Source: an uncultured delta proteobacterium (GTDB taxonomy: Bacteria; Desulfobacterota; WTBG01). Taken from it: a stretch of DNA of 64,000 bases. How positions within the stretch are numbered: position 1 is the stretch's first letter; the number at the start of each line of letters is the position of its first letter. A program made the translations under genes and the position numbers. Shown here piece after piece: positions 31,082-40,322 of the stretch. Under the pieces are notes generated by a model. The model ran no database searches, was not told the origin of the DNA, and worked only from the letters and a program-made list of their open reading frames with translations. Where the stretch lies: NCBI GenBank assembly GCA_963752035.1, contig CAVVWZ010000098.1, positions 8,461 to 72,460 on the forward strand, in the 5' to 3' direction.

Positions 31082-32763
31082 ATGGCACAAGACAAACAGA
31101 AAACCAATTCTCAGACCATCACTTCAGAATACTCACCAAGTCCATCAGGAGAGATGTTCAACCTACCAACAACAGATGACTACACAGCAGAATTCGAGCG
31201 GGTAGAAAAGCTGGTTCAACAGGCCCGCAGTGAGGGCAAGGAGATCGTCGTGGTGATGGGCGTCGGATTCGTCGGCGCGGTGATGGCCGCGATCGTCGCC
31301 GACACGCAAGACGAAACGGGAAGCAGCACCAAGTTCGTCATCGGCTGCCAGCGGCCCAGTACGCGCAGCTACTGGAAGATCCCGCTGCTCAACCGCGGCG
31401 AGTCCCCGGTCAAGGCCGAGGACCCTGAGGTCGATCCGATGATCGCCCGCTGCGTCTAGAGAAGAAGACCCTGACCGCGACCTTACAACAGCGACTGCCT
31501 CAAGCTGGCCGACTGCGTGGTGTCGACGTGCAGTGCGACTACACCAAGCACGACCTCGGCAACATGCGCACAGGCGAGACCGAGATGGCCGCCCTCGAGG
31601 CGACCATGCGCACCATCGGCGAGAAGATCCACCCCGACTGCCTAGTGCTGATCGAGACCACCGTCGCACCGGGCACGACCGAGTTCGTCGCCTGGCCGAT
31701 CCTGAAGAAGGCCTTCGCCAACGCGGCATCGACGCCGAGCCGCTGCTCGCCCACAGCTTCGAGCGGGTGATGCCGGGCAGGGAGTACGTCTCCAGCATCC
31801 GCGACTTCTGGCGTGTCTGTGCAGCGGCTGCGACGACGAGGCCCGCGAGCGGGTCGAGACAGTTCCTGCGCGAGGTGCTCAACACCAAGGACTATCCCGC
31901 TGACGGTGATGGATCGGCCGATCGAGTCGGAGACCACCAAGATCGTCGAGAACTCCTACCGCGCGACGATCCTGGCCTTCCTCAACGAGTGGAGCCTGTT
32001 TGCCGAACGCAACGGCGTGGACCTGATCAAGGTCATCGACGCGATCAAGATGCGGCCGACGCACAGCAACATGATCTTCCCCGGCCCCGGCATCGGCGGC
32101 TACTGCCTGCCCAAGGACGGCGGGCTGGGCTACTGGGCCTACAGGCACATCCTGGGCTTCGAGGACGGCGACAGCGTCTTCAAGATCACGCCGACGGCCA
32201 TCGACATCAACGACACCCGGGCATTACACGTCGCCGAGCTCACCCGCGACGCCCTGCGCAACATGGACCGCTACATCGCCGGGGCCGATGTACTGATTTG
32301 CGGCGCAAGCTACCGCCAGGACGTGGGCGACACACGTTACAGCGGCACTGAGATGGTCGTACGCAAACTGACCGAGATGGGCGCCGAGATGCGCGTGCAC
32401 GATCCCTACGTCGATCACTGGTACGAACTGGAGAACCAGGATGTCTATCCGTCACCGGAGCTTTCCTGGAAACGGTTTTTTAGAAATCAGGAGGAATTAG
32501 GAAATATACGCATTCAAAAAGATCTGCCTTCAGCACTCAAGGACGTGGAAGCAGTCATTTTTGCTGTTCCCCACAAATCCTACCTCGATCTCAATCCGGA
32601 CGATGTGGTCTCATGGGCAGGGAATCCTCTCGCAGTAATAGACTGTTTCGGCATTCTGCCTGATGATACGATACGCAGGTACTTCGAGCTTGGTTGCGAA
32701 GTTAAGGCCCTCGGCCGGGGACATGTGCAGCGCATTAAAAAGGAGGTGCAAAAGCAGCGGTAA
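31082..32763 (+). pseudogene. Nucleotide-sugar dehydrogenase (UDP-glucose/GDP-mannose dehydrogenase family), fragmented, with a compositionally foreign core
   Basis: Rossmann motif VVVMGVGFVGAVMA, central ESETTKIVENSYRATILAFLNEW, catalytic GPGIGGYCLPKDG, C-terminal UDP-binding domain (ICGASYRQDVGDTRYS). The sense is spread over ORFs 30938..31459, 31528..31770, 31533..32351 (part) and 31813..32763. Confidence 0.75.
31200..32460 (+). other. High-GC segment embedded in-frame in a low-GC gene
   Basis: Hand counts of G+C per 60 nt: 24 (31081-31140), 28 (31141-31200), 35 (31201-31260), 41 (31261-31320), 41 (32101-32160), 38 (32341-32400), 33 (32401-32460), 20 (32461-32520). Codon third positions switch from mostly A/T to almost all G/C. 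Confidence 0.85.
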
Positions 32764-32826
32764 TACCGACACTTTTAGTTCGTCTACCCTTTAAGTGAAA
32801 AACTGTCCTGTGCGAGGAAAACTATC

Positions 32827-33030
32827 ATGAGCACCGAAACACATATCCCACAAACCCCACTTGAGATCCTGCAGGCTGCCCTTGAAAAAGAGAAAGACGC
32901 ATACCATTTCTACAACAACCTTCTTAACACTACTACAGTATTGTTTCTGCAGGAACTGCTTGAGCAGCTGCGGGATGAAGAGCACAAACACATTCTCATG
33001 ATAGAAAAGAAAATTGCCAAGATGAAGTAA
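32827..33030 (+). CDS. Small ferritin-like / rubrerythrin-family helical protein
   Basis: 67 aa. ...LEKEKDAYHFYNNL...LLEQLRDEEHKHILMIEKKI resembles a single ferritin-like helix pair with an ExxH motif. Confidence 0.4.
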   Translation: MSTETHIPQTPLEILQAALEKEKDAYHFYNNLLNTTTVLFLQELLEQLRDEEHKHILMIEKKIAKMK

Positions 33031-33035
33031 ACTAC

Positions 33036-33054
33036 CACCCGTGATACACGGGTG
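33036..33054 (+). terminator. GC-rich hairpin after the ferritin-like ORF
   Basis: cacccgtg-ata-cacgggtg: 8-bp stem, no T tract. Confidence 0.25.
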
Positions 33055-33133
33055 AAACAAAGGAAAGCAAGCAGGCAGGTAAAGATCTCTGTTTAGAACT
33101 AATTGGCCAGAATGGGCTGAGGGAGCACTCCTG

Positions 33134-33592
33134 TTGATTGATGCAGTGGATCACATAAATCTGGTTGTTTCCGATTTGGAGCGTTCTGTTCGCTTTTACA
33201 CAGAACTGCTGGGGTTTAAGGAAGTCCGAAGGGCACATCTTGAAGGGCAGTGGATTGAATCCATCATAGGCCTCAAGGATGTCCGTGCCAATGTGGCCTA
33301 CATTGTAGCACCTGAAGGTGAACCCCGCCTGGAACTGCTGTGCTATGAATCACCCTGTGGTGAAACAGTTCCGGCACATTCCCGGGCAAACACAACCGGA
33401 TTACGTCACATTGCCTTCAGAGTCAAAAACATTGAGGACGCTGTCAAACGTCTGAAACTGGCACAGGTACAGATTGTCGGTGATACGGTTGCGGTACCGG
33501 CCACTGCCATAACACACGAGGCGGGACAGAAAGTATTGTGTTATTTTCTCGATCCTGATGGTATACTGTTAGAACTGGCTGAATATCGTTAA
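33134..33592 (+). CDS. VOC-family protein (glyoxalase I / dioxygenase fold)
   Basis: IDHINLVVSDLERSVRFYTELLGF...GLRHIAFRV...YFLDPDGILLEL. TTG or GTG start. Confidence 0.75.
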   Translation: MIDAVDHINLVVSDLERSVRFYTELLGFKEVRRAHLEGQWIESIIGLKDVRANVAYIVAPEGEPRLELLCYESPCGETVPAHSRANTTGLRHIAFRVKNIEDAVKRLKLAQVQIVGDTVAVPATAITHEAGQKVLCYFLDPDGILLELAEYR

Positions 33593-33653
33593 CAAAGTTT
33601 TGATTGCATAATCTTTCTGCGACACAAAGAAAAACCCACTGAGGAGCAAGAAG

Positions 33654-33992
33654 ATGATTGATGACACAATTTCAAAAATCGAAGGCAAACTAAAACAGAT
33701 CAAACCGAAAAAAGAAGAAAATAAAACCCAGTTGCTCAAGCTCCTTTCAACATTAAAATCAGAAGTTGAAGATCTTTCAAAAACCAAGGGTGAGCAGGCT
33801 GAAAGCATACTCAATTTTGCCGCACTTTCAACCCACGAAGCAACACGTCAGGATAAGGATAAGAACCCTCAGCAGTTACAGCTTTCCATAGATGGTTTGT
33901 CCTCATCAGTTGATGGTTTTGAGGCTTCACATCCAACCCTTGTGGGAACGGTTAACAGGATATGCGTCATGCTTTCCAATCTGGGCATCTAA
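33654..33992 (+). CDS. DUF4404-like protein
   Basis: 112 aa with the C-terminal pattern ...DGFEASHPTLVGTVNRICVMLSNLGI. The stop overlaps the next start (TAATG). Confidence 0.45.
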   Translation: MIDDTISKIEGKLKQIKPKKEENKTQLLKLLSTLKSEVEDLSKTKGEQAESILNFAALSTHEATRQDKDKNPQQLQLSIDGLSSSVDGFEASHPTLVGTVNRICVMLSNLGI

Positions 33993-34920
33993 TGAAATAC
34001 TTTTTCCTGTTCGCTGTTTTTGTCTTTATCATCACAACCCCCTGTTTCGGCCAGACCAGACCAGACCAATCTTCTGTTCTCTACGCAATTGCCGAGCTGC
34101 CTACCCCCGTATTAAATACCGCCGATTTCACGTTTGTCTTTGGCAGCTACCGATGGAAAAACCCTTCACCGTGATGACTCCGGTTTGATCCGGGAAGTGG
34201 AGTTTATTGCCCTGCCCGAAACAGTGTTTAAGATTGAAGAGGTTATCCCCGGCACTGCCCCTACCATATACCGGGTAACCACGGAAGACTACCCCTACCC
34301 TACCCGGAAAGGATACTTTATCGACAGCAGATTCGTAACCACACTCAATTATAAACCGCCCCGTCGATTACGAAAATTGCCACCACAAAGTGTTATCATC
34401 AACAATCTGCTTTCAGCCGAAAAACAAAGCTACCTGTGGGGAGGAAACTATAGGCAAGGCATACCACAGATGCTCACCTTTTATCCTCCACCCATTCCTC
34501 TCAGCCAGGACATCAAAGATCAGTGGACACTGAAAGGACTTGACTGTTCTGGCCTGCTCTATGAAGCAACCAATGGCTGCACCCCCAGAAATACAAGCTC
34601 CCTCATATCCTTCGGTGAACCGGTAAATAATAGCCACCTTAGATTCAGATCAGATCATACAGACACTTCAAACGTTAGACATACTAGTATGGAAAGGTCA
34701 TGTCATTATCGTTATTGACAAGGACCGGGCCATCGAAAGCCGGCTTGACTATGACACCAAACGGGCAGGGAACCAGGGTGGTGTCAGAATCCGTTCACTC
34801 AAAGAAGTACTTGATGAAACACTTGAGGAGCGGGTACCGGTCAATGAGTATACGGATGTAGTTGAAGGTGTGAAAAAGAAGTTTGTCGTACGCAGGTGGT
34901 ATAAACAGCCGAAAAGATGA
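33992..34920 (+). pseudogene. NlpC/P60-family (C40 peptidase-like) exported protein with two +1 frame shifts
   Basis: Signal peptide MKYFFLFAVFVFIITTPCFG. Catalytic-Cys context GLDCSGLLYEA and His context LDILVWKGHVIIVIDKD lie in different frames. Shifts sit at the A5 run 34157-34161 and near 34626. Confidence 0.5.
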
Positions 34921-34960
34921 ACGTCGAACATCGAACGTCCAACATCGAATGTTGAATGAT
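34919..34960. repeat. Heptanucleotide tandem array, module A
   Basis: gaacgtc/gaacatc/gaacgtc/caacatc/gaatgtt/gaatgat, starting at the NlpC/P60-like stop codon. A near-identical array lies at 47574-47608. Confidence 0.85.
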
Positions 34961-35066
34961 AAAAATGAGACCCAGGGGACGTTCCTGAAATATTTCCTTA
35001 TGTAAACCAGTTATCACGTTTTCAGCTGTACTCCGTAAGCCGGTTAAGTTTTATGTTTTGGGTATT

Positions 35067-35101
35067 TGAATTCTGACTTCTGACTCCTGAATTCTGACTT
35101 C
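35067..35101. repeat. Heptanucleotide tandem array, module B
   Basis: tgaattc/tgacttc/tgactcc/tgaattc/tgacttc. A related array (tctgact/cccgtct/tctgact...) lies at 47883-47931. Confidence 0.85.
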
Positions 35102-35133
35102 TTTTTTATGTACCCCTACTAAGGAGACCCGTC

Positions 35134-36358
35134 ATGAAAACACTACCAATTATTCACACTTTGTGTATTGACCATTTTGGCAGTAACTGTCTGCACCTCC
35201 AGCATTTCTCTTGGAACACCTGACAAGGTAGACACCCAAAACCTTGTGGATGGGAAACACCACATTTGCCCTTGATCTTTACAACAAACTTCGTGAACAA
35301 GAGGGAAACCTGTTTTTCTCGCCCTACAGTATTTCAACTGCCCTTGCGCTGACCTATGCAGGAGCCCGTGGAAGCACTGCGCAGCAAATGGCCGAGGTGC
35401 TCAATTTCACCGGAGATCAGGATCAACTCCATTCCTCATTTGCCCATCTCCAGACACAGCTGAATGCCGAACAGGAAAAGGGGGATGTTCAACTCAACAT
35501 AGCTAATGCCCTGTGGGCAGAAAATGATTACTCTTTTCTGAAAGATTTTCTTGATTTGACCAATAAGCATTATAAAGCTTCTCTCATCCGCGTGGACTTT
35601 AAAAACAATTCAGAACAGGCACGCATACAGATCAACGAGTGGGTAGAACAGAAGACAAATAATAAAATCAAGGATTTAATTCAACCGGGCATCCTCAACG
35701 CCACTAACCCGCCTGGTTCTTACTAATGCCATATATTTTAAGGGTGACTGGGCAATCCCGTTTCGGGAGAGGTCTACACAAGACGCTCCGTTTTGGCTTA
35801 CGAGCGACAAATCGGTCACGGTGCCGCTGATGAGTCAGCAAGGAGGATTTTAGGTATGGAAAAAATGAAGCCATGCAGCTGCTTGAATTACCTTACACGG
35901 GGAACAACCTTTCAATGATCGTCCTCTTACCCAATGAGGTGGACGGGCTGTCAACGATTGAAAACACCTTAACGCAAGACAATTTAGCTTCCTGGCTAAA
36001 GCTTCTCAGAAAGCGCGAAGTGAGAGTATTCCTGCCGAAATTCAAGATGACTTCTGAGTTTAATCTGTCACGCATGCTTGGTGCCATGGGGATGCCCGAT
36101 GCCTTTACCCCACAGGCTGATTTTTCCGGTATGACAGGAAACAAAGACCTGTTTATCAATGCAGTAATTCACAAGGCATTCGTGGATGTCAATGAAGAGG
36201 GGACCGAGGCAGCTGCAGCAACCGCAGTAACTATGAGAATGACAGCAGTGGCCACCCCTCCGCCAGAGTTTCGTGCAGATCACCCCTTTCTCTTTCTGAT
36301 CCGTCACAATCCTTCGGGCAGCATCCTGTTTTTTGGAAGGGTTATCAATCCCATTTAG
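35134..36358 (+). pseudogene. Serpin (serine protease inhibitor) with a lipoprotein-type signal, interrupted by four +1 frame shifts
   Basis: AAGGAG then 7 nt then ATG 35134. Signal ...LAVTVC lies in the +1 frame. Serpin body: NTTFALDLYNKL...FFSPYSISTALALTYAGARGSTA, | TRLVLTNAIYFKGDWAIPF |, MQLLELPY...LSMIVLLP. Hinge EEGTEAAAATAV, C-terminal FRADHPFLFLIRH. Shifts near 35149, 35255-35257, 35706 and 35848-35851. Confidence 0.8.
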
Positions 36359-38052
36359 AGTTCCAGGCTGGCAAGTTTCTTTATGCCCAGTCTCATGGGC
36401 ATGATGAAGGTGAGAACCAGCAGGAGAAAAGCCACGGTAAAAAGACCGATTACTTCTGTGAGTTCTCCACTGGTAAGCGGTACTCCACGCATCCTTGAGA
36501 TAAAAAAGAGGTAAACCGGGCGAGCCTCCAGGATGACCACCAGCCCAACAAAGCATACTGCTACGATCATATAGAGCATACCGCCGAAGCCGGTTGGAAT
36601 CTGGGAAACGTTTTCGACTTTAAACCGGGGGAACCAGGCTCCAAACCCGATACCCAGGCTGGTAATACCAAAGGTCATCCCTGCAATAGTAATGACTGAA
36701 AGTCCCAGCATAAAAGGAGTTGCGTTCATTAAAATATCAGTGGTGATAATCAACAGTTCTGCAGGAATCAGCAGAAAGAAGAAGTTCATCCAGAACTTGC
36801 TCCACACCAGTGTGCGCAACTCTAAAGGTGACGTCTTGAGAATCCAAAAGGATTTTCCCTCCAGACTGATGCTTGGGAAGGTGAATCGAACCGCTACTGC
36901 TGAAATAACAAAGGCTGCCAAACCAAGATTAATAAATGAAATCAAGTTCTGAAGGTAAAAAGTAGGCATTGGTGATTTATCGAGGGGAAGCACACTGAAG
37001 TTATATATATAAATGACAACCAGTGCACAAATGAGAAACAGCTGAGGCCACTGGTTGGTATCCCTTAAAAAAACCTTCAAATCTTTGAGTACAATGACCC
37101 GGGTCTGCGGGGGGAAGGGCTTAAGCAACAGTTCCATTAATCGATTAGCGAATTTAGACCGGGTAATACGGGCTGCTTTAGCCTCCTGGGCCTTCGACCA
37201 GGCATCATAGTAAATCTTCTCAAAGATCCACTCCCCTATCACAACAAAAGCCAAGCCCGTACTCCACAGCACAAGTAAAAAGAACCACCAGTCCCCCAGA
37301 TCATCAAAGAGAAAGGGGGTGATGGCATTGGCTGCCCACTGGCTGGGTATAAGGGGCGATGTGGGCACTTGCAGATTACTGATATAGTCCATCACCAGGT
37401 AGAAACTCTCAGGATCTACAAGTCGTTCCGGCTGGAGAAAGCGAATAAATATAAATACCCCCACTACTAAAAAAATGGAGGCAACCAGTATGATATCTTT
37501 CAATCGACGCGCCGGGAATATATAGACCAAAAGGAGTATCAGAACAATACCCACGGCAGCAGATATGAGAAGAAAGGGAACAAGTACCCCTGCCAGGGTA
37601 AAATAATACAAGGGAGAGGCACTATAGACCATTCCGTAAGCCAGAAAAACCGGAAAGCTGAAGAAGAGAACTGTCCAGGAACTATTGACAATATTTTCAA
37701 TGAACCTGCTGACATAGAGGTGTAGACCTGATATGGGCAGGGCATTTAACAGCTGCAAATCATCCGATAAAAAGTAAGTAGAGAGCGCCGTAATGACGTT
37801 ACTGAATATTAACAGAGAAAAAAAGGCAAGGAAGACCATGGAAAGCAGCTTTGAGGCAAGCAGTGTCCCGATCACCTCGATACTCGAAAAATAGCTGAGC
37901 ACCTTAAAAAAGATGAAAAACGTTCCCAGCCAGAAGAGCAAACCCATAGTAAAAAAAATACCATAACGCAGGAGCTTTCTCTTGCTTCCCCTGCTTGAAG
38001 CATTTTTATAGGAAAGTACTTTTGGTTTGAGGAGTGAAATAATCTCGTGCAT
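36355..38052 (-). CDS. Polytopic ABC-2-type exporter permease (putative)
   Basis: 565 aa, 12 or more predicted TM helices, 12 nt downstream of the ABC ATPase gene. Confidence 0.6.
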   Translation of the reverse strand: MHEIISLLKPKVLSYKNASSRGSKRKLLRYGIFFTMGLLFWLGTFFIFFKVLSYFSSIEVIGTLLASKLLSMVFLAFFSLLIFSNVITALSTYFLSDDLQLLNALPISGLHLYVSRFIENIVNSSWTVLFFSFPVFLAYGMVYSASPLYYFTLAGVLVPFLLISAAVGIVLILLLVYIFPARRLKDIILVASIFLVVGVFIFIRFLQPERLVDPESFYLVMDYISNLQVPTSPLIPSQWAANAITPFLFDDLGDWWFFLLVLWSTGLAFVVIGEWIFEKIYYDAWSKAQEAKAARITRSKFANRLMELLLKPFPPQTRVIVLKDLKVFLRDTNQWPQLFLICALVVIYIYNFSVLPLDKSPMPTFYLQNLISFINLGLAAFVISAVAVRFTFPSISLEGKSFWILKTSPLELRTLVWSKFWMNFFFLLIPAELLIITTDILMNATPFMLGLSVITIAGMTFGITSLGIGFGAWFPRFKVENVSQIPTGFGGMLYMIVAVCFVGLVVILEARPVYLFFISRMRGVPLTSGELTEVIGLFTVAFLLLVLTFIMPMRLGIKKLASLEL

Positions 38053-38064
38053 TACTGTCCCTGA

Positions 38065-38823
38065 CTAAAACTTTAAAGCTTCAACCACCTTCTGAACCTC
38101 ATCCCCACCAATGAGTTTAAAGAAAATGGCATCCAGTGTATTTCCCTGACTTCCCGATTGTTCTCTTAAGTCTTGGATAGTCCCTACTGCAACAATTTTG
38201 CCTTTCTGAATTATTGCAATACGGTCACATACTTCTTCGGCAATTTCTAGGGTGTGGGTAGACATGAACACGGTTCCCCCCTGCTCACAAAAACCTCTTA
38301 ACACTTCCTTTACCAGCCTGGCACCACGGGGGTCAAGGCCGACCATGGGTTCATCTACAATAATCAATTTCGGTTGGTGAATGAATGCAGCCGCCATTAC
38401 CAGACGCTGTTTCATTCCATGGGAAAAACTCTCAATCAGCTCATTGTGCCACTCAGTAAGTCCAAAGAGCCTTAAGAGATAGTCTATCCGTTCTTCAACA
38501 CCATTGGAAGCACAGTTGTAGAGACCTGCAATAAACCTTAAAAATTCCAGTGCGGTCAGCTTCTCATAGAGGAACGGACGATCCGGAATAAAACCTACTA
38601 CGCCCTTAGCACGATTGGGGTACAGCGCTAAATCCCACCCATCGATGGTTACCGTTCCACTGCTGGGCTTTAGCAAGCCGGCTAACATCTTAATGGTAGT
38701 GGTTTTACCTGCCCCGTTAGGCCCCAGGAAGCCAAAGATTTCTCCGGGCTTCACCTCAAGGTCAATGGTATCCACCGCAGTAAAATTGCCAAATTGTTTG
38801 CTCAGGCCTTGTAACATGATCAT
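38065..38823 (-). CDS. ABC transporter ATP-binding protein
   Basis: Walker A GPNGAGKTT, signature SHGMKQRL, Walker B LIIVDEP, H-loop STH. Confidence 0.9.
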   Translation of the reverse strand: MIMLQGLSKQFGNFTAVDTIDLEVKPGEIFGFLGPNGAGKTTTIKMLAGLLKPSSGTVTIDGWDLALYPNRAKGVVGFIPDRPFLYEKLTALEFLRFIAGLYNCASNGVEERIDYLLRLFGLTEWHNELIESFSHGMKQRLVMAAAFIHQPKLIIVDEPMVGLDPRGARLVKEVLRGFCEQGGTVFMSTHTLEIAEEVCDRIAIIQKGKIVAVGTIQDLREQSGSQGNTLDAIFFKLIGGDEVQKVVEALKF

Positions 38824-40322
38824 TTGTATTCCATGACCTCCAATTTCAGGACTCCTATCAATTTAATAATCTCAAGCTGCTTTTCCAAGTCGCCCTCAAT
38901 AAAACAAATGTGTGTTGCGTCAACGGGAAGCTGGTCGAATGTGGGGTCCACACTGATCCACCGTCCCACAAACACCTCTGACCAGGCATGGTAATAAAAA
39001 CTCCCCTGCATATAAACTATCCCGGCGCAGAGTTTGCTCGGTATCCCTACCGCTCGGCAGAGGGCAACAAAGAGTGTAGAGTGCTCATTACAGTCCCCTA
39101 CTTTGACCTTTAGAATATCAAGTGCACTTGGAATGCTCAGGGTTGGTTTTTTCTCAATAGTACGAAAAACCCAATCCATAATGAGCTTAACCGCTTTGAG
39201 TGAATTCACTTCATCACCAACAATTTCCTGTGCCTTTGCTACAAGAGCCTTATCGGTACTTTGGATAAAAACAGTTGGCTGGAGAAATGCCTTCTTGTCT
39301 TCCCGTGTATAGGGAATTGTGTAAGCACGCAGATCAGACATATCCTCTTTCCTGATTTCCAGCACATCGCCATGACGTTTTTGCCTGTCAGAAGAAAGTG
39401 CAAACTCTTCAAGATTAATATTCCCGAGCCGTACTTTAAGGTATGAAGGATCCGCAATGGCAATTGGTCTGTTGACAGAAATGGTACTTGCTGAAATCAG
39501 GTCCTTTGTGGTTTCACCCCAATTTTCCGTAAGCGCATCAGCTTTACTCTCTTTTATCAACATTAAACCAAGGGGACTTTCCTCTTTGATGGTGCTACCG
39601 TCCTCATCAATCCATGATCTGATGGTAATCCCCTTAAAAGTACTTTTTATACGATAGCATTCAATGCTCTTATCCCGTAAAGCAATCTCTTCTATCCCCT
39701 CAACCAGGACATCCACTGGAGTGGTACTCATAGTAGAGGGATCAAAGACACTGTATCTGAACTGTTTTCCCACTATCAGGCCATCAGCAAGCATCAAGGA
39801 TTTGAGCGAACTTGCAAGACAGGGTATATCTTTTAAAGGAATGATGCTCTGTTTTGTACTCCCTCCGGATAAGATATCCATGTGCAATCTATTTTCTTTT
39901 ATCCTGCCCTTTGCCTGAAATGTAAAAAGGTTTGAAAACATTCTAAACTCGAATGAATTGAGTATAAATGCATTATCTACCTTAGAAGTAATCTGCGTAT
40001 CTATTCTCTGAGGGGTCCCCATCACGGTCAGATCCATGATGCCCTGTTCATGAATCACATAACCGTTAAAGGCCTTTTTAATCTTCGAAACGGTGTATCC
40101 AACCTTGTCCTCTCCCCAGTATATACCCATCCACTCCTCCCGGGGACGGAGTTGATGTTCTGAACGGTGGGTGTTGACGTAGCTCTCAGAGGCGTTAAAA
40201 TAGGTTCTTTGAACAAGTATGCCCATCACCAGGATCCACACGATCACGATAGATAGTCTGACAACTCTGTATGCGCTCATCCCTTTAGGTTTCATAAAAA
40301 TGTAAATCCTCCCCTCTCGCAC
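38820..40322 (-). CDS. Membrane-anchored transglutaminase-like (Cys-His-Asp) domain protein
   Basis: N-terminal TM helix. C-terminal core GDCNEHSTLFVALCRAVGIPSKL...YYHAWSEVF...WISVDP. Its stop overlaps the ABC ATPase start by 4 nt. Confidence 0.75.
   Translation of the reverse strand: MREGRIYIFMKPKGMSAYRVVRLSIVIVWILVMGILVQRTYFNASESYVNTHRSEHQLRPREEWMGIYWGEDKVGYTVSKIKKAFNGYVIHEQGIMDLTVMGTPQRIDTQITSKVDNAFILNSFEFRMFSNLFTFQAKGRIKENRLHMDILSGGSTKQSIIPLKDIPCLASSLKSLMLADGLIVGKQFRYSVFDPSTMSTTPVDVLVEGIEEIALRDKSIECYRIKSTFKGITIRSWIDEDGSTIKEESPLGLMLIKESKADALTENWGETTKDLISASTISVNRPIAIADPSYLKVRLGNINLEEFALSSDRQKRHGDVLEIRKEDMSDLRAYTIPYTREDKKAFLQPTVFIQSTDKALVAKAQEIVGDEVNSLKAVKLIMDWVFRTIEKKPTLSIPSALDILKVKVGDCNEHSTLFVALCRAVGIPSKLCAGIVYMQGSFYYHAWSEVFVGRWISVDPTFDQLPVDATHICFIEGDLEKQLEIIKLIGVLKLEVMEYK

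Noticed and set aside
31190-31195. GAATTC (EcoRI site) exactly at the left edge of the GC transition, as a possible cloning scar
   Set aside because: A 6-mer is expected by chance every few kb, and there is no matching site at the right junction. Suggestive only, not evidence.
31163-32455. Long Arg/Pro/Gly-rich ORFs in the high-GC patch (31163..31888 -, 31539..31940 -, the 5' and 3' portions of 31533..32351 +, 32240..32455 -, others)
   Set aside because: Stop codons are rare in GC-rich DNA, so off-frame and antisense ORFs stay open. Their sequences look like frame-shifted translations, whereas the dehydrogenase sense is recognisable in the frames I traced.
36068-36090. Minus-strand TGGCACcaagcaTGCg with sigma-54-like spacing
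   Set aside because: It lies antisense inside the serpin coding region with no downstream gene to serve. Most likely a chance match.
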